Positions 1 through 8,554 of a stretch of 64,000 bases of DNA are shown in pieces. The stretch's first letter is position 1. Each line of letters begins with the position of its first letter. Source of the DNA: Vulcanimicrobiota bacterium (GTDB taxonomy: Bacteria > Vulcanimicrobiota > Xenobia > Xenobiales > Xenobiaceae). The notes beneath the pieces are model-generated. The model did not search any database. It had not been told where the DNA came from and worked only from the letters and a program-made list of their open reading frames with translations. The DNA lies in the NCBI GenBank assembly GCA_944322965.1, contig CALUQR010000001.1, positions 327,815-391,814 on the forward strand, written 5' to 3'. Made by a program: the position numbers and the translations under genes.

Positions 1-1764
1 GCGGCCGATACTAACGGGGTCTTCCAGTTAGAGTCGGACGGCATGAAGCGCTATTTAAAACAGCTCAAGCCCGATCGCTTTAGCGACATCGTGGCCTTCT
101 TGGCCCTCTATCGACCCGGTCCCATTAAAGGCGGAGTGGTCGATAACTTTATCGCCCGCCGCCACGGACGTGGCGGCGGGGTAGTCTACCCCCATCCTAA
201 ATTAGAGCCCATCTTAGCCGATACTTACGGCTTCTTCCTCTACCAAGAGCAGGTGATGCTGACCGCCACTACCTTGGCGGGCTATACCATGGCTATGGCC
301 GACAAGTTGCGCAAGGCTATGGGTAAGAAGAAGTTAGACGTTATGGCTAAGCACCGCCAGATCTTTTTGGAGGGAGCCTTAGAGCGCGGGGTCGACGAAA
401 AGTGCGCCCGCAACATCTTTGAGACTATGGAGAAGTTTGCCGAGTACGGCTTCAATAAGTCCCACTCGGCCGCTTACGCGGTAGTCACCTACCAGACGGC
501 CTGGCTCAAGACTTACTACCGCCCCGAATATATGGCCGCGCTGATGACTAGCGTCATGAACGATATTAAGAAGGTCTCCTTCTTTATCGACGAGTGTCGC
601 CAGGCCAATCTCTCCGTCTTGGGGCCCGACGTCAACGAGTCTTTGGCCTCCTTCTCCGTCTACAAAGGGGCGGTGCGCTGGGGGATGGCGGCGGTGCGCA
701 ACGTGGGGGTCAACGCCGTGGAGAGTATCGTCCAAGAGCGGCGCGCCAAGGGTCCCTTCCGCAGCGTGAGCGACTTCTGCGCCCGTATCGATCCCCGGGT
801 AGTCAATAAGAAGGTCTTAGAGGGGCTCATTAAGGCCGGGGCTTTAGATAGTTTTCAGGTCAACCGGGCTACCCTCTTACAAAATTTAGATCACCTCACC
901 GAGTATGCCAAACTCTGCCAGCGCCAGGCTACGGAGGCCCAAGCTAACCTCTTTGGCGGAGGCGAGGTCGAAGATGGCAGCGCCTTAGACGACGGAACGG
1001 TCATCTACGAGCGCTGTGAAGAGTTCGATAAGAGGATCTTATTAGAGTTTGAAAAGGAGATGCTGGGGGTCTATCTCTCTGGCTCCCCCTTAGACGACTA
1101 CCGCGACTTTTTGGCGGAACGTACCACGCTCACCTTAGACAAGTTGGGGAGCGCCGTGGGGCGCAGCGTGCGCGTGGGCGGCCTGGTTACTACCTGCCGG
1201 GAAGTGACTACTAAACAGAAAAAGAAGATGGCCTTCGTGACTATCGAGGATTTCCACGGTCAAGTGGAGTTCTCTATCCGCCCCCACGACTTTGAGGCTC
1301 AGATCGATAAGTGTCGGGAGGGCAAGATCGTCTTAGTCCAGGGCCTAGTAGAGGTAGACCGCGGTTTCGGGACTCCAGTTACCCCGGCCTTTGACGAGGA
1401 GGGCGAGGAGGAAGAGATGGGGTCGGCCGAGCCCGAAGAGGAAAAGTATCGCCTCAATGCCTTAGAGATTATTGACGCCAATATGGCCCTGCTCTCTACA
1501 GCTAAGATCTCGGGTAGTCTCAACGAGTCTTTAACTAAGACTTTAAATGGCCTCAATATCCGCTTCCAGTCGACCCAGCGCTCTTTAGCCAGCCAGTTGC
1601 GGGCCCTCTTACAGCGCTATCGGGGCGATAAGCAAGTCTACGTCCACGTTCCCGGCCCCGAGAAGACGGCGGTCATCGCTTTGGGGCGCAATTATTACGT
1701 CCAGGACAACTCCGCTCTGCGCCACGAATTGGAGTCCCTCTTGGGGGCGGAAGCGCTCCTCTAA
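1..1764 (+). CDS. dnaE: DNA polymerase III alpha subunit (DnaE), C-terminal part; 5' end lies outside window
   Basis: The reading frame is open from nt 1. The translation (FLALYRPGP...YGFFLYQEQVM...DKLRKAMGKKK...FNKSHSAAYA) matches the conserved DnaE finger and OB-fold regions. Confidence 0.9.
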   Translation, partial: AADTNGVFQLESDGMKRYLKQLKPDRFSDIVAFLALYRPGPIKGGVVDNFIARRHGRGGGVVYPHPKLEPILADTYGFFLYQEQVMLTATTLAGYTMAMADKLRKAMGKKKLDVMAKHRQIFLEGALERGVDEKCARNIFETMEKFAEYGFNKSHSAAYAVVTYQTAWLKTYYRPEYMAALMTSVMNDIKKVSFFIDECRQANLSVLGPDVNESLASFSVYKGAVRWGMAAVRNVGVNAVESIVQERRAKGPFRSVSDFCARIDPRVVNKKVLEGLIKAGALDSFQVNRATLLQNLDHLTEYAKLCQRQATEAQANLFGGGEVEDGSALDDGTVIYERCEEFDKRILLEFEKEMLGVYLSGSPLDDYRDFLAERTTLTLDKLGSAVGRSVRVGGLVTTCREVTTKQKKKMAFVTIEDFHGQVEFSIRPHDFEAQIDKCREGKIVLVQGLVEVDRGFGTPVTPAFDEEGEEEEMGSAEPEEEKYRLNALEIIDANMALLSTAKISGSLNESLTKTLNGLNIRFQSTQRSLASQLRALLQRYRGDKQVYVHVPGPEKTAVIALGRNYYVQDNSALRHELESLLGAEALL

Positions 1765-1815
1765 GGGGGGAGCGCTTCTGTAGGGGAGGCTGGGCCTACC
1801 CCTTAGGGGAGCTCT

Positions 1816-3048
1816 TTATAAGAGCAGATCTTCCCCATAGCCGTACTTTTCGATGACGTAGTCCATATCTTTATCGCCTCGGCCGGAGAGGTTGACTAAG
1901 ATGGAGCCCTGCTTGCGCTGGCGGGCTATCTCCATCGCGTAGGCTACGGCGTGGGAGCTCTCTAAGGCGGGGATGATCCCCTCTAAGCGCGCGAGGTTAT
2001 AGAAGGCTTGCAGGGCTTGGCGGTCGTCAGCTTTGACGTAATTGACGCGCCCCAACTCGTGCAAGAAGGCGTGCTCGGGGCCTACGGAGGGGTAGTCTAA
2101 GCCGGAGGCTACGGAGTAGACGGGAGCGGGCTCGCCCGCCTCATCTTTGAGCATGATAGATTTAAAGCCGTGCATGACGCCGGGCTGGCCGTAAGTTACG
2201 GAGGCCGCATGTTGGCCCATCTCCGCTCCTAAGCCCAGAGGCTCGACGCCATAGAGCTGGACGGGGTCGTTGAGGAAGGCGCTAAAGATGCCGATGGCGT
2301 TGCTGCCGCCGCCTACGCTAGCTACGACGGCGTCGGGCAAGAAGCCGGTCATCTCTTGGAACTGCTCGCGGGCTTCGACGCCGACTACCATTTGGAAATC
2401 GCGCACCATGAGGGGGAAGGGGTGGGGGCCTACGACCGAGCCGATGCAGTAGATGGCGCTCTCGTACTCGCGCAAGTAGGCTTCAAAGGCCGCGTCCACG
2501 GCTTCTTTGAGGGTCTGCAAACCGTGGGTGGCGGGGATCACCCTAGCCCCTAAGAGCTTCATGCGGGAGACGTTGGGGGCTTGCTTTTTAATATCGACGG
2601 CCCCCATATAGATGTCGCACTCTAAGCCGAAGTAGGCGGCGGCGGTGGCTAAGGCTACGCCATGTTGACCGGCGCCCGTCTCCGCTATCAGCTTCTTCTT
2701 GCCCATAAAGGAGGCCAATAAGCCTTCGCCCATACAGTGGTTGAGCTTGTGGGCTCCTGTGTGGTTGAGATCTTCGCGCTTGAGGTAGATCTGGCAGCTG
2801 CCCAACTTATTGGAGAGGCGCTCGCAGTGGTAGACGGGGGTGGGGCGCCCTTGGAATTCGCGGCGAATGCGGCGCAACTCGCTAATAAATTTGGAGGAGT
2901 GGCAGATAGTATGGTAGGCGTGGGCGATCTCTTTGAAGGCCGGCTCTAACTGGGGGGGAAGATAAGCGCCGCCGAAGGGGCCGAAGTACCCGCGCTCGTC
3001 GGGGTAATCTTTGAGGTAGGTGGCGAAATTGACCGTAGGATGGGACAT
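1816..3048 (-). CDS. trpB: tryptophan synthase beta chain (TrpB1-type), no trpA adjacent
   Basis: [16 protein letters not shown] and [23 protein letters not shown] are PLP-enzyme TrpB signatures over the full 410 aa. AGGAG lies upstream of the start on the minus strand. Confidence 0.85.
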   Translation of the reverse strand: MSHPTVNFATYLKDYPDERGYFGPFGGAYLPPQLEPAFKEIAHAYHTICHSSKFISELRRIRREFQGRPTPVYHCERLSNKLGSCQIYLKREDLNHTGAHKLNHCMGEGLLASFMGKKKLIAETGAGQHGVALATAAAYFGLECDIYMGAVDIKKQAPNVSRMKLLGARVIPATHGLQTLKEAVDAAFEAYLREYESAIYCIGSVVGPHPFPLMVRDFQMVVGVEAREQFQEMTGFLPDAVVASVGGGSNAIGIFSAFLNDPVQLYGVEPLGLGAEMGQHAASVTYGQPGVMHGFKSIMLKDEAGEPAPVYSVASGLDYPSVGPEHAFLHELGRVNYVKADDRQALQAFYNLARLEGIIPALESSHAVAYAMEIARQRKQGSILVNLSGRGDKDMDYVIEKYGYGEDLLL

Positions 3049-3674
3049 AACTTTAGAACTCCTAAACTAGGCGCCGAGGCCATAATGGGGCCGCCTTTAC
3101 AAGGGGCCAAACGAGGCTCTGACAAGGAATCTACCGCCGTCCGCAGCTGCGCGCCTCTCCCTAACGGGGAGGAGAGAGATTTCCTAGATGGATCCCCTAA
3201 GCTCGCCCAGAGAGGGCCGCCGGGTCCGGAAATACATTAATTGCCAAAGTGGAGAGAAGTTTTCCGCCTCTAAGTAGCGGAAAGCCAAGCTACAGAGAAA
3301 AGGGCCCTAGGCCCAAGGCCAGAGCCAAGGGTTCTGACCGCTGCGAGAAGCTGTATGGCAATTTGGCAATCGTCTCATGGAGCCATAATAACCATTCAAT
3401 TTAGCTTGTCAAGTCTAGCTAAGAGCCTTTAGTCTATCTAAAGGCGGCCTAAATCACTCTCAGATTATTAAAAGTATTAGTGAGCTGCAGCTCCTATTTA
3501 GAAATTGTTTACTCATTTGTTACCACTTAGCCCTATTTTGTTCGATTGTTCGCTTTATTTCTCTAGGGCGAAGGAGTAGGCTGAAGTCAGAAGTAAGGGC
3601 CGTGGAACTTGAAGGCAGTCTGTTTCACCTCTCCATACTCCTGGAATGTTCGTTAATTTTTGGGAGGTGCGATT

Positions 3675-4997
3675 ATGAATTATCGTTATGGTATGCTCGC
3701 TACGGCTCTGGCCGTAGGTTTACTAGCTCTTCCCGCCAGCGCGGCGGTCAGCGATGTGACGGGCGGCTCTACTACCGTCAATACTAAGATTACTAAACAT
3801 TACACTGAGAAGTACACCCACCGCACTAACGATGTCAATAGGGGCGTAGTCAATACGGTCAATAACCGGGCTGCGGATGACATCAATATTAAGTACCGGG
3901 TAGAGGGCACGCTCAATTACCACGAGACTTCGGCTATTAAGAATGCCAACGGCACCTATAGCGATTACGACGCTGTCTTGACTGGCTATAGCAGCACTTC
4001 TAGCAACCTATCTGACGCCCGCAATCAGGTGGTCAATTCTATGGCCGCTTACGAATACAATAATCAGGATGGCCGCGTAGGCGGTACCACTGGCTACGGC
4101 AACGAGTGGAATGCCGGTCCGGCTACTTATGTGAGGACGGAGGCTGGCGCCGTCGATTCCGATAGCATTATTGATTCTCAAACGAAGAAGACGGCCGATT
4201 ATTATACCGCTTACCGGGAGTATCGCACCGACGTCCACCTGGATAATATTACCTCTTCCCGCGATGTCGATCTCAGCAATTGCGAGATCTTAATCGGCGA
4301 CCCTGACGCTATCGCTAACGCCTACGCCGCCCAAGGTACGGCTACGGTCAACGAGTTTGTCGATAAGTATTATACCCGCACCCACAATATGGAGCGGGAC
4401 CACGTTAAGGAGTATACCAAGTACAATACTTGGCAGAGGAAGGTCAATAGGACTGAGGTCTACCAGGTCAACGCTACCCGCCGTTATAGCCCCATCATCT
4501 TGGACTTAGATGGCGATGGCAAGATCGAAGCTTCCAACGGTCAGTACTTAGCCCACGATAACTTTAGCGAGCGGGTGGCTATGTTCGACTTCTTCGGCAA
4601 CGGCTTCCCCTTATTGACGGAGTGGGTAGGTCCTAACGACGGTCTGCTCTGCCGGCCTACGGCTGAGGGTAAGGTTACGGGAGCTCAACTCTTCGGTACG
4701 GCTAACGGTATGGCCAATGGCTACGAAGAGATGGCCTCCTTAGACGCTGACAATAGCGGAGCTTTAGAAGGCGCCGAACTTCAGGGACTCTACGTCTGGA
4801 CCGACCTCAATGGCAACGCTCAACCTGAGAAGGGCGAGTTGAAGAGCTTAGAGGAGCTGGGTATCACCTCTATCAAGGTCTCCCACAATAATTACTCCTC
4901 CACCTTCGAGCGTCAGGGTCAGACTTACAAGAGCTTCGATTGGTGGCCCAATTGCCGCGAGTTACGCAAGGTCGATATGGCTAGCGTCCTGCGCTAA
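3675..4997 (+). CDS. secreted T/N/Y-rich protein with C-terminal EF-hand-like Ca-binding loops (paralog A)
   Basis: The N-terminus has a cleavable signal peptide (MNYRYGMLATALAVGLLALPASAAVSDV). GGAGG lies 7 nt before ATG 3675; the ORF track's TTG at 3660 is probably too far upstream. The C-terminus carries DLDGDGKIEASN, DADNSGALEGAE and DLNGNAQPEKGE loops. It is collinear with 23855-25249. Confidence 0.6.
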   Translation: MNYRYGMLATALAVGLLALPASAAVSDVTGGSTTVNTKITKHYTEKYTHRTNDVNRGVVNTVNNRAADDINIKYRVEGTLNYHETSAIKNANGTYSDYDAVLTGYSSTSSNLSDARNQVVNSMAAYEYNNQDGRVGGTTGYGNEWNAGPATYVRTEAGAVDSDSIIDSQTKKTADYYTAYREYRTDVHLDNITSSRDVDLSNCEILIGDPDAIANAYAAQGTATVNEFVDKYYTRTHNMERDHVKEYTKYNTWQRKVNRTEVYQVNATRRYSPIILDLDGDGKIEASNGQYLAHDNFSERVAMFDFFGNGFPLLTEWVGPNDGLLCRPTAEGKVTGAQLFGTANGMANGYEEMASLDADNSGALEGAELQGLYVWTDLNGNAQPEKGELKSLEELGITSIKVSHNNYSSTFERQGQTYKSFDWWPNCRELRKVDMASVLR

Positions 4998-5042
4998 GAG
5001 GCTAAGTTTTTAAGCTTAGGGCTAGCTCTAGATAGCTAGCGC

Positions 5043-5080
5043 GGGGTCCGGGTTAAGTAGCCCGGGCCCTTCTTTTTTGC
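5043..5080 (+). terminator. rho-independent terminator after paralog A (GGGTCCGGG...CCCGGGCCC + TTCTTTTTTG)
   Basis: A GC stem is followed by a T-run. It overlaps the ORF-track start at 5077, so that start is unlikely to be real. Confidence 0.5.
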
Positions 5081-5130
5081 CCCTTAAGGGGGGGAGGAAT
5101 GGCCTAGAATTAGGCAAAGGGAAGCTAGTC

Positions 5131-6561
5131 ATGATGGATCCCATCTTCATGCTCCATACTCAAAACCAGCGCATGTTGGAGAATACCCAGCGTTCGAGCG
5201 ACGGCCTGCGCACTAATATGATGCGCGAGCGCAAAGAGAAGCAAGGGGTACGCAAACACCACCACGTCGAGGATACCTCTTTCGGTACCGATTTTACCGA
5301 TATGGGCAGCGATCTCGACGATATGGGCGATTTCCTGGGCGGGGGAGGGGGAGCGGCCCTCTTCCGGCAGATGTGGGAAGAGGATGTGGAGGAAGAGGAG
5401 CGGCGCGCGGCTCAGCGCTCAGCGGAGACCCTCTTCGATGAAGGCCAAGGTCACGATTTATTAAATGAGCCCTTAGGCGAGAGGGAGCCCCAGCGGGAAG
5501 AGTGGCCCGCCCCCCCAGAGGAAGAGGAGGAAGACTCTGCCGCGCCCCCGGAGAGCGAAGAGAGGACTGAGGCTGAGGAACCTAGCCCGGCCCCTATAGA
5601 GGAACGGGTAGAGGAGGCGCCTCCCCCCAGAGAGTTCCCCCAAGAGGCTAGTCCCACTCCCCAGGAGCCTGCGCCTAAAGTGGAAGCTCCGCCCCCCGCC
5701 CCGCCTGCAGAGAGCGCCGAACGGGTGACGGTCAGTAAAGCGGAGTCTAGCGCTAAGGAAGCGGTAGTTAAGGTACCCGTACCTAGCTCAGAGCCCCCGC
5801 CTGAGGCGGAGGAGGCGCCGCCCGCTTTGGAGCTCAAAGGGGTCTCTTCGCTCCTCGATAACGCCCAAGGCTTTATCTTCCATGAGGCGGTACCGGAAGT
5901 TATTGAGCTCTCGGGACGCAGCTCGGGGCGCGCGGCCGAAAATCTCATTGAGGGCATCCCCCACGAATTGGAGGGGGTCTTAGATACGCTCATCTACAGT
6001 AAGGCCGATCCGGAGGTGACGGGCGAGTTGCGCTTATTGCTCAGCCGCTTCGGTCAGCCTATCTTGGAGGCCTGCGCCCAACATGGGGTCCAGGTCCATC
6101 TGCTCAGCCAGAGCGAGTTAGAGGCTAGATTGCGGGCTCTCTCCCCCCAGATCCCCGCCCAAATAGCTTTAGGGCAGGCCGCCTATCTGCCTAGCGAGCG
6201 CCAAGTCTTAGTGGCCCAAGAGCTCTTCCCCAGCCACGCCGACTACCGCGAGCCTTACGCCTTCCAGCCCGCCCTCTACTATATGGCCATGGCCTGGGAC
6301 CACATTATGGGGGAGGAGGGCTTCGCCAGTCTGACCTCGCCCGTCATTAAGGCCAACGCCCAAGCTTGCCAGGTGGGCTTAGAGGGGCACAGCTCCCCCG
6401 ACGCCTTGGGATGTTCTAACCCCGTCCACTACTTTGCCCAGTCGGTGGAGGCCTACCTCTCCGCCAACGATTGTCGCGAGCAGGCCTGGAATAGGGAGGA
6501 TCTCTACGATTTCGACCGGATGATGTACGATTATGTAGAGTACCTCTACCAGAGGGGCTAA
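5131..6561 (+). CDS. hypothetical protein: acidic Glu/Pro-rich low-complexity linker plus conserved approx 250-aa C-terminal domain of unknown function
   Basis: The ORF is long. The ATG at 5131 is preceded by AGGGAAG. Residues approx 110-250 are low complexity (EEEEEDSAAPPESEE...PAPKVEAPPPAPPAES). The C-terminal domain is Cys- and His-containing (FHEAVPEV...AWDHIMGEEGF...). Confidence 0.5.
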   Translation: MMDPIFMLHTQNQRMLENTQRSSDGLRTNMMRERKEKQGVRKHHHVEDTSFGTDFTDMGSDLDDMGDFLGGGGGAALFRQMWEEDVEEEERRAAQRSAETLFDEGQGHDLLNEPLGEREPQREEWPAPPEEEEEDSAAPPESEERTEAEEPSPAPIEERVEEAPPPREFPQEASPTPQEPAPKVEAPPPAPPAESAERVTVSKAESSAKEAVVKVPVPSSEPPPEAEEAPPALELKGVSSLLDNAQGFIFHEAVPEVIELSGRSSGRAAENLIEGIPHELEGVLDTLIYSKADPEVTGELRLLLSRFGQPILEACAQHGVQVHLLSQSELEARLRALSPQIPAQIALGQAAYLPSERQVLVAQELFPSHADYREPYAFQPALYYMAMAWDHIMGEEGFASLTSPVIKANAQACQVGLEGHSSPDALGCSNPVHYFAQSVEAYLSANDCREQAWNREDLYDFDRMMYDYVEYLYQRG

Positions 6562-6583
6562 TCTTGAGAGGAGCTGGGAAAAG

Positions 6584-6898
6584 ATGCGCTATCTGATCTA
6601 TCCCTTAGTCAAAGGGCGCGAGGGGCGGCGGCGGGGGGAATTCCCGCTGGGCATGGTAGAGTTTAGCGAGGAAGAGGGGCCCCAGATCGATTGCCCCGAT
6701 TACGGTTTGCAGCGCCAATTGAGCCGCCTCTTTGCGGCCCCCATCTTAGTGCGCCACGCTCTGGGGGACGGGGTCAAATTTCTCAGTTACACTTGGGAAG
6801 AGGCCCAGCCGGGTAGCCGGGAACATTTTGAGGAGCTGGTGCATAGGCTCCACCTTTTGGGCTTGAGCGCCCGCCCCGAGGAGCTACCCCCTACTTAA
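6584..6898 (+). CDS. hypothetical protein (104 aa)
   Basis: The ORF immediately follows the previous gene. No recognisable motifs. Confidence 0.3.
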   Translation: MRYLIYPLVKGREGRRRGEFPLGMVEFSEEEGPQIDCPDYGLQRQLSRLFAAPILVRHALGDGVKFLSYTWEEAQPGSREHFEELVHRLHLLGLSARPEELPPT

Positions 6899-7361
6899 TG
6901 ACCTTCTTACCTAAGTAGTAGCCGCCTATAGCTCCCACGAAACCGCAGATGAGGGCGGCCCACAAGATACCTAAACTCATATGGACTAAGTAGGCGGCCA
7001 AGATGTAACCGACGATAATAAAGACGGGCATCAACAATTTTTGCAATTTGTTGCCCTCTTCTAAACATTCGCGGTGGTAGACTACCAACTTGCCCTCTTG
7101 AGGGATCTCTACCCCGTTGGCCCGGATGACGTCCCGGCCGCAGCGGGCGCAGGAGACGATCTGCATATCCCGGCCGCAATCTTCACAATAGAGGGGCTTA
7201 CCGCGGTGGGTTAAGGTTTGGGGCTTATAGACGTTAGTTAGGGCCACATGTTTACCGCACTTGCTACAAGTGAAGGGCTTCTTGGAGCCACACTTGGGGC
7301 AATTGCCCGAGCTATTGGTGTCTACCATCGTTCCGCACTCGGCGCAAGGATACTTAGCCAT
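6891..7361 (-). CDS. tail-anchored multi-zinc-ribbon protein (several CxxC pairs, C-terminal TM helix)
   Basis: CAEC...CPKC, CSKC, CEDC and CARC pairs form three or more zinc-ribbon-like units. The C-terminus is hydrophobic (FIIVGYILAAYLVHMSLGILWAALICGFVGAIGGYYLG). Confidence 0.5.
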   Translation of the reverse strand: MAKYPCAECGTMVDTNSSGNCPKCGSKKPFTCSKCGKHVALTNVYKPQTLTHRGKPLYCEDCGRDMQIVSCARCGRDVIRANGVEIPQEGKLVVYHRECLEEGNKLQKLLMPVFIIVGYILAAYLVHMSLGILWAALICGFVGAIGGYYLGKKVIK

Positions 7362-7552
7362 AACTACACTCCCTCGTCTTCGACGCTTACCTTATCCAAG
7401 AATCGTCAGCTTTTTAGCTCCAGCCGCTAAAAGGCTGAACTGACCTTCAGAAACTGCGCCCCAGAGAGGCGAAATCCTTCTTGGCGGGAGATTTAGGCCT
7501 TAAGGAGAACTTAAAAGCGACACCCCGGCTGGGGTGGGGAGGCAGAGTTATT

Positions 7553-7921
7553 ATGCGGAAATTCTGGATTTGGAGTCTTTTGGGAGCGGCCTTATTCTTG
7601 GTCTGGGGCGTTCTATCCCAGCCCGCCCAGGCGCAAATTTTGATGGTCACCGGCGATTATCGGGTGACGGCCGTCGACCAGGCGGAACAGCGTTTGGGGA
7701 TCGCTTTGCGCGACGCCGACCCTAACGTCACTCAGAATTGGGTCTACCTCAAGTACAATACGGAGATCGTGCGCCGAGTCTGGCTCCACAACGGCTCTTT
7801 TAAAGATCAGAAATTGAAGTGGAACGAATTCTTGAGTATCGTCAAAAAAGGAACCCTCCTGCGCGTCCACGGGGGACGCGATTGGGACGGCTCCATCGAC
7901 GCTAAAAAGATCTGGTTCTAG
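7553..7921 (+). CDS. small secreted protein of unknown function
   Basis: The signal peptide is MRKFWIWSLLGAALFLVWGVLSQPAQAQ. ATG 7553 is preceded by GGGAGG. The ORF-track start at 7481 is probably an upstream artefact. Confidence 0.4.
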   Translation: MRKFWIWSLLGAALFLVWGVLSQPAQAQILMVTGDYRVTAVDQAEQRLGIALRDADPNVTQNWVYLKYNTEIVRRVWLHNGSFKDQKLKWNEFLSIVKKGTLLRVHGGRDWDGSIDAKKIWF

Positions 7922-7950
7922 CTCCAGTTAAATAACCCAGCTAGATAAAT

Positions 7951-8553
7951 TTAGAAGGGCAAGGGTTGGCCCAAACTCAGCTCCTCGGGCGGAAAGGCCC
8001 AAGGGTCGGGGGTTTGGGCCAATTTAGTGCGGATCTCCTCCCAAGGGTGGAGCTCGCCCTGACCTATCCCCGGACAGCGTTTGCCGGCTAGGCGCCAAGC
8101 GGTGGGCGAATAGACGACTTCCGGCCAGAAGGGCCAGGTGCGACACTGGAGGGGGCGGGCCATATGGACCCTACAACCGCTAGGCGCCTCTGCGTTTTTA
8201 GGATCGGAGGGGCGCTGCAAGAGGATACAGTCGAAGCCAAAAGAGGTCTTAACTTCGCGCAAAAAGTAACCGCCCTTATAAGCAAAGCCCACGTAACGCA
8301 AGAAATCGTCCCAGCTTATCTTTAAAGCTTGGGCTATGGCCTGGGCCTCAGCGCGCGTACATTGGACTATCCCTGGCGGCCCCGAACAGCAGCGCCCGCA
8401 GCGTTGGCAGCTAAAACGGAGCCCCTCGTTATACCAAGGTAAGCTGGGGGAAGAGCGGTACTGTTCGGGCTTTAGTTTAGCTAACTTGCGAGCGGCCGTA
8501 GAGCGCAAGAGGGAACACCACTCGCGCCCCTGGTTTTGCGGAGAGGAAGCCAT
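7951..8553 (-). CDS. YkgJ/UPF0153-family CxxCxxCC metal-cluster protein
   Basis: CQRCGRCC is the characteristic CxxCxxCC motif, and further Cys residues are conserved (C..C at the C-terminus). The gene is 1 nt downstream of the 8555-9646 gene, suggesting an operon. Confidence 0.55.
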   Translation of the reverse strand: MASSPQNQGREWCSLLRSTAARKLAKLKPEQYRSSPSLPWYNEGLRFSCQRCGRCCSGPPGIVQCTRAEAQAIAQALKISWDDFLRYVGFAYKGGYFLREVKTSFGFDCILLQRPSDPKNAEAPSGCRVHMARPLQCRTWPFWPEVVYSPTAWRLAGKRCPGIGQGELHPWEEIRTKLAQTPDPWAFPPEELSLGQPLPF

Positions 8554-8554
8554 C

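Noticed and set aside
3340-3380. Possible sigma54 promoter (TGGCAATTTGGCAATCG) upstream of paralog A
   Set aside because: The spacing does not fit the TGGCAC-N5-TTGCA consensus. It is only a partial resemblance from the duplicated TGGCAA.
5077-5130. ORF-track start codon at 5077 for the acidic linker protein
   Set aside because: It lies inside the stem/U-tract of the paralog A terminator. The ATG at 5131 has an upstream purine-rich RBS.
5451-5993. 180-aa minus-strand ORF antisense to the acidic linker region
   Set aside because: This is an artefact of low-complexity GC-rich repeats (GAG/GAA codons read as Ser/Gly-rich on the opposite strand). It sits entirely inside a better-supported gene.
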